From: Mobula hypostoma
Lineage: Eukaryota
DNA length: 64,000 nt
Assembly: GCF_963921235.1 (NCBI RefSeq)
Contig: NC_086097.1
Coordinates: forward strand, 143,966,001-144,030,000
Reading direction: 5' to 3'
Below the pieces are notes generated by a model, which made no database searches, was not told the DNA's origin, and saw nothing but the letters and a program-made list of their open reading frames with translations. Below, piece by piece: positions 49,401 through 63,396 of the stretch. The stretch's first letter is position 1, and every line of letters starts with the position of its first letter. Both the position numbers and the translations under genes were made by a program.

Positions 49401-52400
49401 GAGCCCACGTGATATACTTTTAAAGATTTTTCAGATGTTAGGGCAAGTCAAGAAGATAGTTAAAGACACATGTAGGATTTTTTATATAGAATACAACAGA
49501 AGGGAAGTAATGGTAAATATTTAAATGATTCATTTGGGATACATTATGCTTCTATGATTATTTGAATGTATGAGGACAAATTAATTGGCCAATTATTATT
49601 TTCAGTATCCTAGGTGTTATGATAAATACATAATAGGCAAAAGCAACATTATACTAGACATTATTTGGTATTGATTAAGGCACTCTTCGATTTTGAGAAA
49701 GGATCTTTAAAATTCATTTACTTTGCAGTACTTATTGACCATTGCTAATTGCTCTCAGAATGAAAGGTTTAATGCATCATTGCAGAGGCCAGTCAGAATC
49801 AACTACATTCCTATAGGTTTATAGAGCAGGTAAGAACAATGGTTTTCTTTCCCTGAAGAATATTTAGTGAGCAAGATGATTTTTTTCCTCCTGAATTTGG
49901 AGTGATGTTAATGGCCTATCCTCTCCTAGCAGACTTTTTCCAGTAATTAAGAACCGCTGAGGCTGGTAGTTTATATGTTGTACTCAGCAGTGTGGTCGTC
50001 CCATCTGTAGGAATTCTGTGAAATCCTGTGAATGTGGAAGAATTTGAACATCAGAATGATGTGGTTTGAAATGTAGAGACGTTCAAAACATGACTATATC
50101 GTTCTGCAGCTCAAGTACCTATACTATTTAATCTGATTGAGGGTGATCAATCTTTCTCTCAACACTGTCTGCTGGGTTTTGATCTATATCCTTTGATGAA
50201 TTTTGCCAACAAAACCCAAAACTTTCAGTAATAGAAGCGCTGATTGATCTGTGTACACAGTGTACGAGGGAGAAAATATTATACTTCCATCAGATTTTTC
50301 TATTTTACTTGTAAATGGCTTAGGTCCAATGACCATACATCACAGTCACCAGTTACTTGTACATTTTGTTTATTAGGATAGTTCTTATATTTACATTTAA
50401 TGTGTTTTTTAATGCTGTGTGTTTTTTGATGCTGCATCAGATCAGGAGTAAAAATCATTTTGTTCTTCGTTTCACTAGTGTACTGAAGGATCACAATAAA
50501 CAATCTTGAATCTTGAATCTTCAATCTTCAATCTTGAGAAACTTGTACAAAGTTAGAATGGCAGATATATATTATATTTAATGCAGTCTCTTCGTTTCAA
50601 GTTCATGTCCAGTGAACTAAATGGAACCAAATTTCATGGATAGACTGCAATGCATACTAACTACAACATTATGCATATTTTTTGCATATATTTGTATCTG
50701 CGCTTCACTCATCAGAAGAATGCATTTCTCTTTATTCACTCTGCGTAGTTTCTCAATAACCTTAAACATTCAGTCAGGTCACTTGTCCGTCTTCTAAGTT
50801 CCAGGGATGTATTCACTGGTGACCATTAGTTAAACCTTTAAGCCCTCACAGTCAGTTTGGTGTACCTGCACTGGGTAGTTTATTTATACTTTCTTACAAC
50901 GTAGGTGGAGAATATTTGGTCCATCAGTCTATGCAGTCCCATCAGTACTATTTCCCCACTTACTTCCTTGTAACCTATTCACTCCCGCGTGTTCATCATT
51001 TCTCTCCAGATTCTTCTGTCACCCACTTATGCCTGGGGAAAGCCATAGCAGTGAATTAACCAACCAGCACATCTTTGACATGTGGGTGAAACTGGAGACC
51101 CAAAGGGAGAACATGTGAACTCTGCATTGTCAACTCCAGGGTCAAGACTGGGCCCAGGCTCCAGGCTGTGTGGCAACAGCACAAACTGCTGCACTATTGT
51201 GCTGCTTATGAGAACCCCAGGAAGTAGGAGTGACCTTAAAACTTGGGACAAAACCTTTCCTTTTGTTCAGCCTAGTCTGACCGAGACACAGATAAAGTGG
51301 GAGCTTTGATTTGCATTTCCGATACGTTATTGACCATCATTTTGCCTCCACAGATGCTGCTTGATCATCCTGAGCTTTGACTCCAAGCCCACGCTGAGTT
51401 ACCTGGAACAGGGACAGGACAATTACAGTTGGTCATGCTGCTTCAAGCTGATGGACCAACCAAAGCTTCTTATTGGCATCCAGGACCCACTCTTCCTTCC
51501 ATATGAAATGCCATTTTCCGGGAATAGATTTTATCCCCCCAGTATTTGATTTATGTCTCACTTTAAACCCACAGTGGTGAAATTAAGGCTCTCCAAGCTG
51601 ACTAACAATCAAGTTGCTAAAACCAACCAAATCATAATGAGATGAAGAAGAGGTGTGGTTATAGAGTGGCAATGGGCAGAGTGTTGTGATCAGGGAACTG
51701 GGGTTTGAGACTCCTGGTCCCATTAGCTTCACAATAGTAGATTACACTGCCCTGTCTTTGTATATTGTACACAGGACATAATGAGGTGGTCCATAAGGTC
51801 AGTGAGGATGTTGTTATTGAAGGTCAATGGTTCAACTGACGGTAAAGTGAGAACACAGTGCAAGCAGATTAGGGGTGGTGAGGAGGGTTTAATCAATGAC
51901 AATTAAACTATTTTACTTGCTGAAATGCCATTTCCCGTCCTTAAAGTTCATGTTTCTAAACCATTCTTCATTAATCATTGAATGAGTAATGAATTCTAAA
52001 CATAGCTCCAGTCATCAGCAGACAAAATAGTTATTTATGGTTGTGAGTTCTGTTTATTCCTTTTGTTTCGTCCATTCATTATGGTTATAAAGACAATTTC
52101 TGTTGGTCAACTGGGAAAACAAGTCAAAAACAAATATCTGCCTTCAAAATTACACAAGAAAGTAAAAAATTTCTATTCTCCAACTCAAGGGAGCAGAGTT
52201 ACTTAGTAATTAAACAGAGATAAAGAGTCACAGCTACAGATACAGTGAGACAAAAGTAGATATTTTAAAAAAGAGAAGGGGACACAAATAGAAAGAGATA
52301 GACACTGAGCCACAAAGCGGGAGTGCTATTTCTATAGAAACAATGGGATTTGTTTAATCATGCACTGCAATCCCACATCCATTTTATAGTGTTATCAAGT

Positions 52401-53251
52401 TTAGCTCCAGTGATTCAATACATAGTTAAGAATGCTGAGGAGGGGAGAGATAAAGACAAAAAGAATGGGAGATTGAGATAGTGAGGAAAGATGTGAGGTG
52501 GAGAGATGATGTAAAGGTACAGATAAAGCAATACACAGCACCTGCAAAAAAAAGACATACAGAATAATACAGAACATTGAAACAGTAAGGAGGTTGGGGG
52601 GGGGGTGGGGTGCAGAGAGAGAGAGAGAGAGTGTTACAAATATCAGGTGCAGAGAGAAACAGACACAAGGTTTTTGAGGTTAAGAAAGAACACCATGGTG
52701 GAAACTGAGACAGAGATGTGGGATGGAACTGTACAGAGATACAGACAATGCAAATGAGCTGCAGATTGAGCTACAAGAAGAATATAGCAGCTGTGACTGT
52801 GCATCAAGACCAACAAAGTTACAGTAATTCATATACTTTTGTCTGATCCTTTTGCTCTGGTGCAGTTAATTTCCCAGTGGCATCTGCTTTTGACCTGTTG
52901 TGATGGTAGGCAAAATGGATGCAAGTCATTCCTCTGGCAGGAGTTGAAATGTTTCATGTCCAGCCCCTTAAGACACTTTATCACAGTAGATCTGATACTA
53001 GATGATAGATAGATAGATAGATGGACAGACAACACAATTACCCCTGCCCCCTCATCATCCAAGCCTTCTCACAACTACAATCCGGCTAGGGATACAGGAG
53101 CTGTAAGACTCACACCACCAGGTTCAGGAGCAGTTATTCCCTACAACCATCAGGCTCCTGAACCAGAGTGAATAACTTCACTCACCTCAGAGCTGAACTG
53201 ATCCCGCAATCTCCACTTTCAAGGACTCTACAACCCAGTATTGCTTACTTA

Positions 53252-54422
53252 TGGTGGCATGCAAAAGTTTGGGCACCCCTGTCAAAATTTCTGTTACTGT
53301 GAATAACTAAGTGAGTAAAAGATGAACTGATTTCCAAATGGCATAAAGTTAAAGTTGACACATTTCTTTAATACTTTAAGCAAGAAAACTTTTTTATTGC
53401 CCTCTTTTACAGTTTCAAAATAACAAAAAAGGAAAAGGGCCCAAAGCAAAAGTTTGGGCACCCTGCATGGCAGTACTTAGTAACGCCCCCTTTGGCAAGT
53501 ATCACAGCTTCTAAATGCTTTTTGTAGCCAGTTAAGAGACCTTCTTCTAGTTCTGTGAGATTCTTGGGCTGTCTTGCATGCACTGCTCTTTTGAGGTCTA
53601 ATCACAGATTCTCGATGATGTTTAGGTCAGGGGACTGTGAGGGCCATGGCAAAACCCTCAGCTTGCGCCTCCTGAGGTAGTCCATTGTGGATTTTGAGGT
53701 GTGTTTAAGGTCATTATCCTGTTGTAGAAGCAATCCACTTTTCATCTTCGGCTTTTTTACAGATGGTGTGATGTTTGCTTCCAAAATTTGCCGGTATTTA
53801 ATTGAATTAATTCTTCCCTCTACCAGTAAATGTTCCCCGTGCCACTGGCTGCAACACAAGCCCAAAGCATGATCGATCCACCCCCATAACAGTTGGAGAG
53901 GGGTTCTTTTCATGAAATTCTGCACCCTTTTTCCTCCAAACATACCTTTGCTCATTGCAGCCAAGAAGTTTGATTTTAACTTCATCAGTCCACAGGACTT
54001 GTTTCCAAAATACATCAGGCTTGTTTAGATGTTCCTTTGAACCCTTTGAATAGAACTTTTTGGCCGCAATGAACAAAGGTACCACCTTTTGCAAGGAAGG
54101 ATGGGCGAAAATCCCCCAAACAAGAATTGAAAGACTCTTAGCTGGCTACAAAAAGCATTTCCGACCTGTGATATTTGCCAAAGGGGGCGTTACTAAGTAC
54201 TGACCATGCAGGGTGCCCAAATTTTTGCTTTGGGCCCTTTTCCTTCTTTGTTATTTTGAAACTGTAAAAGATGGAAATAAAAAAGTTTTCTTGCTTTAAG
54301 TATTAAAGAAATGTGTCATCTTTAACTTTATGTCTTTTGGAAATCAGTTCATTTTTTACTCACTTAGCTATTCACAGTAACAGAAATTTTGACCGGGGTG
54401 CCCAAACTTTTGCATGCCACTG
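53252..54422. mobile_element. Tc1 (IR/DR type) DNA transposon derivative, DD34E transposase fragment
   Basis: TA flanks; ~285-bp inverted ends with repeated caaaagtttgggcaccc; WTDE, QQDND..SPDLNIIENL (D34E). Confidence 0.9.
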
Positions 54423-54665
54423 TACTTAAAAAAATTAATTATTTGTATTATTTGTCCTCTTTTGTTGTTTGTCAGTATTTGTTCAGTATAGTTTTTCACA
54501 AGTTCTACAGTATTTCTTAATTTTCCTGTTAATGCCCACAAAAATACGATTTTTAAGGTAGTATACAGTGACATATGGGTACTTTGATAATAAATTTGAA
54601 CTTCGAACTTTGAGATTTGATACTAAGCATTCTACCATATAGGGATGGGTGTTTATGGTAGCTAA

Positions 54666-55210
54666 AGGCTGATTTATACTTGAGTGTCAAATCGACGCCG
54701 TAGGTACGGCATAGCCATGAACCCTATGCAGTGCATACTCGGATCCCTACGCCATAGCCTGACACACACCTCTCCCAAAATGTAACTACGTTTGCGGCAA
54801 CGCAGACCGCAACAACTGTGATTGGTCTGCTTGGTAGCATCTTATTTCCTCCTACGCTGCTGTAGCTTCCCATTGGGCGACTGAAGGGCAGGGGTGGAGC
54901 TCTGGCTGCAATGCTTTCCATAAAGCTTTACAGACCTCCGAGATTATGGAGGACACATTTCGCTTTTACTAAAAAAGACGCTCGCTTTAAACTTGTTTAC
55001 CCCGAAAAAGACTACCATGACCATGAAGCCTTGCATGGGCAGGTGTGTGCGCATGCGTGACGTGTGAATACATGACGTGCACATGCGTGTACATGCCCGA
55101 ATTGCAGAGTGATGCAGACACACCAACGCACAAGTATAAATGCTCACAGCGGCATAGCCCACTTGCGTAGGCTACGGCACAAGCTAGTACGCATGAGTAT
55201 AAATCAGCCT
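54666..55210. mobile_element. Harbinger/PIF-like MITE
   Basis: TIR aggctgatttatact/agtataaatcagcct; TAA TSD at 54663-54665 and 55211-55213; CpG-rich. Confidence 0.75.
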
Positions 55211-55974
55211 TAAGCTGAGTGCTTCCTTCCTTCAGAATTTTCTGCAATGGAGTCACAAGAAGGACTCCATTGACCCTTAAATTTTCTCTTTGCCCTGTGC
55301 TAAACTGTGATGAGTCATTGAGTACATGAAACATCTTCAGCCCTGAATTCCAACTCTCTTTACTTTACATGAATATACAATTCCCTGTACATGATTTTTG
55401 AGCATGAAAAGATCAGTAGCACCCAAGAACTGCTCTGGCATTGAATAAATTCAGGGCTTCTCTGATTAAACCACAAAAGTACATTCCTACCTGTACATGG
55501 TAACTTTGCAGCCCTTTTTGTGTCAAGTATCTGTCTACCACTACCTTAAAGTATAACCAAAGGTTCTGCTTCCTCTCTATTCCTTGAGAAAGAGACTTCT
55601 AAGCATTCTTCACCCAATAAAAGTAAACATTTTGCCTCATCTGTGTCTTAAACAGGTGACTTCTTAATTTTAAGTAGTGACCTCAAGCACAAAGGTGAAA
55701 CATACTCTTAACCTCTCAATCCTATCGAGAACTCTCGGGAGCTCATTTGGTATATTCAAGACAGCTGTCATTCTTAGAACCCCAGAAGTTATAAGGCAAA
55801 TCTGTCCAACCTTTTTTCATAAGACAGCCCATTCTCTCCAGGTTTTTGTCTGGCAAACTACTTACAGCACATGAACAATCTTCCTTAAATAAGAATATCA
55901 GTACTGTACATTCAGGTAGATAGGGTCATAGAGAAAGCTTCTAGCACATCAGCCTCCATTAAGTCTAGGCACCC

Positions 55975-56180
55975 ACTCATCCACCTTCCCCCCTGTCCCG
56001 GTCTCACCTATCACCTGCCAGCTTGTACTCCTTTCCCAGCCCCTCTTTCTTAATCTCACCTTTGCCCCCTTCATTTTCAGTCTTGTTGAAGGGTCACGGC
56101 CCAAAATGATGACTCTTTCTTCCCCTCCATATATGCTGCCTGACTTGTTGAGTTCTTCCAGCATTTTGTGTGTGTTCCAT
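55975..56180 (+). repeat. Penelope-derived repeat, decayed hammerhead
   Basis: cagtcttgttgaagggtcacggcccaaaatgatgact..ttccagcattttgtgtgtgtt. Confidence 0.6.
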
Positions 56181-58654
56181 TTCAGTACGAGGGTAGGGAT
56201 GTAGGGTTGTTACACTGAAGTTATACAAGTCATTGCTGATGCCAAATTTAGAGTATTGCGTGGATTTCTGGTCACCCACCTGCAGGAAAGATATCAAAAT
56301 GATTTAGGTGTAGAGAGGGTGATTGCATGCAGGGTTTTATTCCCTCAGATCGGGTGAGACTAGAACTCGAGATTGTTGTTTTAGGGTGAAAGGTGAAATA
56401 TTTAACGGGGTTCTGAGGGGAAACTTCTTCACTCAGAGGCTGGTGCAAGTTTGGAATGAGCTGTCAAAGGAAGTGGTGAATGTGGATACAATTGCAACAT
56501 TTAAAAGAAGTTTGGATAGGTGAATGGATGGGAGGGTTTGGCGGGGGGGATATGGTCTGGGTGCAGGTGCAGAAGATCAGGTTGGCATATACTAGGTGGG
56601 CTGAAAGCCCTTTTTCTGTGTTCCAGTACTCTGTGACTCCACGACTCTACATATTCCTTGTGATCTCACCAGTGCCCTAAATTACTGAGTCATATCTTTC
56701 ACCCTTTCTGACTCAATTCCTCTAGCAATAAATAATAATATTCTGTTAGTCTTTCTAATTACTTGTTGTCTCTGTGTGTAAAGCTTATACAAACCTTTTG
56801 CAGCAGAAGCATCAGATCTCTCTGCATTTCTGAGCTCTGCGATCTCTCATCAATGCACCTCCTTTCTATTTTTCCTGCCAAATTGCCAATCTCAGATTTT
56901 CCCATGTTTTACTCCATTTGCCAGATACTTATCTACTCACTAAGCCTGTTCACATCTTTTTGTAACAAAAACTGAAAATCTCAGGAAGTCGGGTAGCGTC
57001 TGACAAAAGCCTGCAGATTCCTTAAGTCGCTTCATAATTTACTTTCCAATCTACCTTTGTGACATCAACAAAATGCTGCAACCTTACCTTCGACGTTCCT
57101 TCCAAGTCATTTGTACACATTGTAAAAATTCAAGGCTACAGCACCAGCTGCTGTGGCACATCACCCTTCATGTCTGGGCAACTAGAAGAAAGCCAGCTGG
57201 TGGCGTAGTGGCATCAGCATCGGACTTCGAGGTGAATGGTCCTGGGTTTGAATCCAGCTGGCTCCTTGCAAGCTTTCCATCTGTGCTGGGGTTGAGCATC
57301 AAGCTATCAACTCGGCCTCACAAACAAAACAGACAAAATGCTGAAGAAATGGCAAGGTTGCCCCCTGAAGCACAAAGTATGGAAAGGAATAATAACAACC
57401 GGAAAAAAGACTATTTTTGTGCATACTTTATTTCTGTTAGACAGTCCATGTCAACCTGAGCTTTAATTTTCTGCAGTGATCTCTGACACCACAACTTACC
57501 TAAATATAGTGCATTTACCCCAAGTTCCCCTTTATCCACGAGATCTTATTCCATTTCAGTGCCCTTCCCACTAATCCCCAAATTGCCAATAGACTCACAT
57601 ACTGTAAGGAGAATGATAATTCTAACTTCAATGAGGTGCTTACTGGTGGAATCAGAACCAAGAAAAAAAACTGTCTTATCATTAAGCATTTCTTTCTATG
57701 AAATGAAGATATCCCTGTGTAAGGGGCAATATGGATTGTGATCAACCTAGCTGTTATTAGACATGACTACCTTAAAATATTTGATATGCTTCTAATGTCT
57801 AAGAATTCAAATAATAGAAAAACATCTTTAAACAATGGGAGAGGCAAACTTCATGCAAGTATATTAAGCAGTTCATTAATAATTTCTCACTGCCCCGAAT
57901 TAGTTTTTAATAGTTTTTCACTGCCCCGGACCTCAGGAAGAGAAGATGAGGGGAATGATTACACTTTCTTTCTGTTTCTAGGTTAGACAGTTCTCACGTG
58001 ATAGTAAGACCATTAAAATTAGACTGCGGGCACAGCTGAACCTCCCCATTGCCTCATTCTGTCACAATAACAAGGCCAGGGCTGCTCCATTCAGTACGAG
58101 TAAGTCTTATTTTATAAAAGGGAAGATGTTAGAAAAACCTGCTGCCTTTGCAAATCCCCGAAGGATTCTTCACAGAACATATTCCATTTTAACACAACCT
58201 GTGATTAATTTTATATCAAGTACAGAGTGTAATGGCAAAATCTTGTGTTTGGATTAGCAAGCAGAATGCAGTCAGCTTTGCTTCATTAGGAACATTCTAG
58301 TTTCTAAGTCAGCAGGTGAATCTCCCTCCAGGAACTTGAGCACCAATTGTACACGGCACTGGGTAGTGCTGCACTGCTGAACTTTTGAATCATGTGTTAA
58401 ACTGGGTCTTCTCTGCTCTCCTTTGATGGATTACATTGGCACCATTGGAAGCAACAATAATCGAGGCACCTGCAACAGATTATGTCACATATATTTCATA
58501 TCTGCACACATAGTGCACATACAGTACACACAATAACACATACACAGACACAGCCATGCAAGCTCACATGCAGAGACACACAAACACACATAGACACACA
58601 CATGTGCAGTTAGTTACCCACGCAAAGCACACATTGCACAAATGTACATAACCA

Positions 58655-59534
58655 TTCCATAAGAATGTAAGACGCATGAGCAGTCTTGGGCTATTTGCCC
58701 CATCGCATCTACTACACCAATCCATCATGATGGATTTCTTACCCCTCTCAACCCCATTCTCCTGCTTTCTCCCTGTAACCTTTGACATCCTTACTAAATC
58801 AAGAGCCGATCAGCCTCCACTTTAAATATACCCGATGACTTGACCTCCACAGTCACTTGTAGCAATGAATTCCACAGACTCACCACCCTCTGGCTGAAGA
58901 AATTCCTCCTCATCTCCGTTCTAAAGGAACATCCTTGAATTTTGAGGCTGTGCCTTCTGGTCCTTGACTCTCCCCCAGTAGGAGACATCCTTTCCATATC
59001 CACTCTCTCTAGGCCATTCAGTATTTGATAGGTTTTAATGGAAGTTATTTATTTGTTCATTATTTACTTACTGAGAGATACAGGATGAAATAGACCCTCC
59101 CAGCACTTTGAGCCACACCACCCAGCACCTGATCGATTTAACCCTAGCCTAATCATGGGACAGTTTACATTGACCTGTTAGCCTTCTAACTGGCATGTCT
59201 TCTAAACTCTGGTGAGTACAGATCTAGAGCCATTGAATGGTCTTCATGTGTAACCCTTTCATTCTGGACCCTCTCCAGTGCCAGCACATGTCTCTTGGAT
59301 AAGGGGCCCAAAACTGTTAACAATACTCCAAGTGTGGTCTGACCAATGCCCTATAACACTCCAGCATTACATTGTTGCCTTTGCATTCTCATCCTCTTGA
59401 AATGAATTCTGACATTGCATTTGCCTTTCTTACCACCGACTTCACCTGCAAGTTAACCTTTTGGGAATCCTGCACCATTACTCCTTCTGCCAAAGTGCAT
59501 GACCATACACTTCGTCACACTGTATTCCACCTGC
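58655..59534 (-). mobile_element. CR1 3' fragment (with internal SINE)
   Basis: cataagaatgtaag tail; FRTEMRRNFFSQRVV motif. Confidence 0.8.
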
Positions 59535-59721
59535 TGTAATGTTGTATGTTCTGTAGGCGTTGAAACTAGTTAATTGTTCATTGTAATATTTGTGTTTCAG
59601 AAGTAGAAAACATTGTGTTGGGAGAGGTGAAGCAGATTATCTCCTGAACATCTGCTGTTTTAAATAAAGACTTCTATATCTCCCAGTTACAGCACATGGC
59701 TCAGTTTAGTCAGTCACAACA
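59535..59721 (+). mobile_element. Possible short LTR
   Basis: TGTAATG...CACAACA termini, AATAAA inside, followed by TGG. Confidence 0.35.
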
Positions 59722-60524
59722 TGGAGCCCTAGTTAGAGCCAATCTTAAAGGTTGTTCTGTTGTGGGCCTAGAACCAGTGGAAGGTTAGATTTACCACAGA
59801 GTCAGCGAACTCTAAAGATATCAGAATGGTATCAAATCAGATTACCATGAACGAGCCAAGTATTCTATTGGGTCAAGTACTTTAGTAAGGGTTACTCGAA
59901 CTGAGGTTATTAAGATGATGTAAATGTTTCTTAGGGGAGCTGTGGAAACTATTGTCTTGAAACCAGTCCGCATTTCTAACTTCATTTCCTTAAAATCCAA
60001 AAATATATCGATCTGTGTCTCGGATATACTTGACAAATAAGCCTTCCAGGTAGAGAATTCCAAAGATTCACGATCCTGTTACTGAAGTGATTTGTTCTTC
60101 TCTCTATATGGAATGGATGACCCCATATTTTATGGCAATGATCTCTGGTTATAGAAAGCCAACCGAGGAAAATATTCTCGCTGAATCTTGTTGGCATAGT
60201 TATGTTGGCAGTTAATCTTTTCTAGTACGCTCACATTGTCAATCTTATGTTATTTGTTACTTACTCTCTGACTTCGTTGTAAGCAGCCCAGTTCTTACTG
60301 TATTATTTATTGAATTACAGCATGAGAAGGAATTGGCCCTTCTGCCACTCCGCCAGGCAAACCCCCGATTTAATCCTAACCTAATCATGAGACAATTTAC
60401 AATGATTAATCAACCTACCAACTGGTACATCGGGAGGACACCCATGTGATCACAGGCAGAACGTACAAACTCCTCATAGGCATCGGCGGGAATTGAACCC
60501 TGGGTTGCCTGTACTGTGAAACGT

Positions 60525-61635
60525 TGTACATGAGGCTGCTAAACAAGATAAGAGCCCATGGTATTACAGGAAAGTTACTAGCATGGATAGGCTGACTGGC
60601 AGGATGCAAAAGTGGGGGAAAAAAGGGAGCCTATTTCGGCCAGTAACTAGCGGCGTTCCACAGGGGTTAGTATTGGGATAGCTTCTTTTCATGTTGTATG
60701 TCAATAATTTGGATGATGGAATTGATGGACTTGTAACCAAGATCACAGATGATATGAAGATAGGTGGAGGCACCGGTAGTGCTATGGAAGCAGGGGGTTT
60801 GCAGATGGACTTCAACAGATAAGGAGAATGAGCAAAGGAGTGTCAGATGGAATACAGTGTAGGGAAGTGTGTGGTCCTGCACTTTGGTAGAAGGAATAAT
60901 ACTGTAGCCTATTTTCTACTAAACAGGGAGGAGATTCAAAAATCAGAGGTGCAGAGGGACTTAGGAGTTCTTGTGAAGGATTCCCTAAAGGTTAACTTGC
61001 AGGTTGAGTTGGTGGTAAGGAAGGCAAATGCAATGTTAGCATTGATTTTGAAAGGACTGGAATATAAGAGCAAGGATGTGATGTTGAGGCTTTATAAGGC
61101 ATTGGTCAGACCAGCTTGAACTATTGTGAGCAGTTTTGGGCCCCTTACTGAAGACAAGGTGTGCTGGCATTGGAGAGGGTCCAGTGGTGGTTCACAGGAA
61201 TGATTCTGGAAGTGAAATGGTTAACATATGAGGAGTCTTTGATGGCTTTGGGAGAAGAATGAGGGAGGATCTCATGAAAACCCATCAAATATTAAAAAGT
61301 CTAGATAGGGTGGATGTGGAAAGGATGTTTCCTATAGGACCAGAGAGCACAGCCTCAGAATAGAGGGATGTCCATTTAAAATAGAGATGATGAGGAATCT
61401 CTTTATCCAGAGGATGATGAATCTGTGTAATTCATTGCCACGGACGGCTGTGGAGGACGAGTTATTGAGAATATTTAAAGCAAAGTTTGATATGTTCTTG
61501 ATTAGTCAGGGCGTCAAAGGTTACTGGGAGAAGAATGGAGAACGGGGTTGAGAGGGATAATAAATCAGCCGTGATGGAATAGTGGAGCAAACTCAATGGG
61601 CCGAATGGCCTCGCTCTGCTCCCATGTCTTAAGTG
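60525..61635 (+). mobile_element. CR1 3' fragment
   Basis: SGVPQG..QMEYSVGKC..LYKALVRP; tail at ~61620. Confidence 0.85.
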
Positions 61636-63284
61636 ACCGATGCAGAATGGCCTCATTCCACCCAGTTTCTATGAAATGATGTTGCCTTCAGTTACATCTC
61701 AGCTACATCTTCATAAGGACAGCCGGATGGATTTTCTGCTTTTAGAAAGATATTCTTCCAATTCACACTCATCTTCCAGCGTGCCATATTTAAGTGTATA
61801 AACAAGTCTGCTTGTGGAATTGCGGGCTTGTGTTTCTACAAGTGAATGCGCTCGTTTGTCAGTACCACATTTTTTGTCAAAAGAACTACTCAAAGAGCTG
61901 GAAATCTATCTTCACAACTTCTACTGTCGAAAGAGAAGAGATCCTCATGGATCCATGCTGCAAAGGCCTGTTTAAAGGTACAGCTTAAGGTTTACTCAAA
62001 GATCATTCACGTAAAATATAATAATGGTTCTCCAGGATTAAGGTTTCTGTACACTGTAAATGCCTGTTCTGATCTGAGCCACTACTGCTCTCTGCTGGCT
62101 AATAGTTTACTGTCAGTTTGGCTGACTGCTGACGTGAATAAAACACATTCCTTTGCACTTCCTACATTTAAAGCAGCAGCCATTTTCTGAACCATAAGAG
62201 TCCACAGGAAGCAGTAATCTGATATAATAGAAAACCAGAATGCAATTTGTTTAGCAGCAGATAAACACCAAACTGCTGGGAGGTGAGGCGATAGTCAACA
62301 TTTCAGGCCAAGGCCCTTTGCTCCTACAGGTACTGCTGGAGCTTGTTTTTTTCTTGCTCCAGATTCCAGCGTCTGCGGTCTCTTGTCATTCTGCAATGTT
62401 GCTTTGCTGGTTGAGACCAGACTGGCACTTGGGAAATTCATTCCAATTGTTCAGAGACATACCATTCATCTCTCAGTGCAATTTTACAGCATTATCTATT
62501 TCTGCCTTGATTCACTTAATATCCTCAAATCTATTAATTTCAACTCTGAATAATCTTGGTGACTGAGTCTCCCCAGCCCTCCATGGGAGAGAATTCTAAA
62601 GGCTCTTCATCCCCTGCATGAATTTTATTCTTTTAATTTCTGTTCTAAGCAGCCCTCTGTTCTGAAACTGTGACTCTTCATTCTAGGCTCCTCAGCTGGG
62701 GGAATCATCCCCCAGCACTGACTTCGTTGCATCTTCTAATAACTGAGATCACCACTCGATCTCTATTCATAAAAGGCAGGTCTACTTCAATGGCAAGACC
62801 AGTCCCAAGAACCGGTGTGGTGAGTCCTCACAGCACTCCCTCTGTTGGCATGTACGTCCTTTTCAAGGTAAGTTTCAAGATTGTTCAATATCTCTTCCAG
62901 TGTGAAGGAGGACAGAATAATCGTTACCCTAGATCTGATGCAACACAAAACAAAACCACAATAAGATAAAGAACACAATAATTGAAAAAAAAATCACAAT
63001 AAATGTTGTGGTGCTCCGGGGCCGCGTCCCTAGCTCGCCCCAGCATTCCCAGTGGCCAGTGTCACTTATTGTTCTTGTTTTAAAATGTGTTCGTGGGATT
63101 ATGGTGGAATGTTCAAGTTCATTTATTGTTACACTTTACGCACAGATTATACAGTTATTCGCTTGTGTGTTTGTGGGTCACCCTAACTGCAACTGGGGTG
63201 TGTAATAATCACCTCCCCCATCTGTATGTGACTGAGTGGGTTCTCTCCCCAGGCCATAGTGCCCGCAATGTTATTGTGCTGGTT

Positions 63285-63396
63285 TTATGTACATATGAGT
63301 GAGCATTTGGTCCACAATGACAGACGAGATAAGTGGAGATAAACAAGCTTATCTCGTCTGTCATTGTGGACCAAATGCTCACTCATATATACATAA
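63285..63396. repeat. Near-perfect inverted repeat (49-bp arms, 14-nt loop)
   Basis: 63293-63333 is the exact reverse complement of 63348-63388; extends 8 bp further with one mismatch. Confidence 0.95.

Noticed and set aside
49958..49990. let-7/miR-196-like string tgaggctggtagtttatatgttg with a short gctgag/ctcagc stem
   Set aside because: The seed is disrupted and there is no complementary star arm; likely chance resemblance.
58490..58650. CA-rich tract (also GA at ~52610 and GATA at ~53000)
   Set aside because: Ordinary simple repeats.
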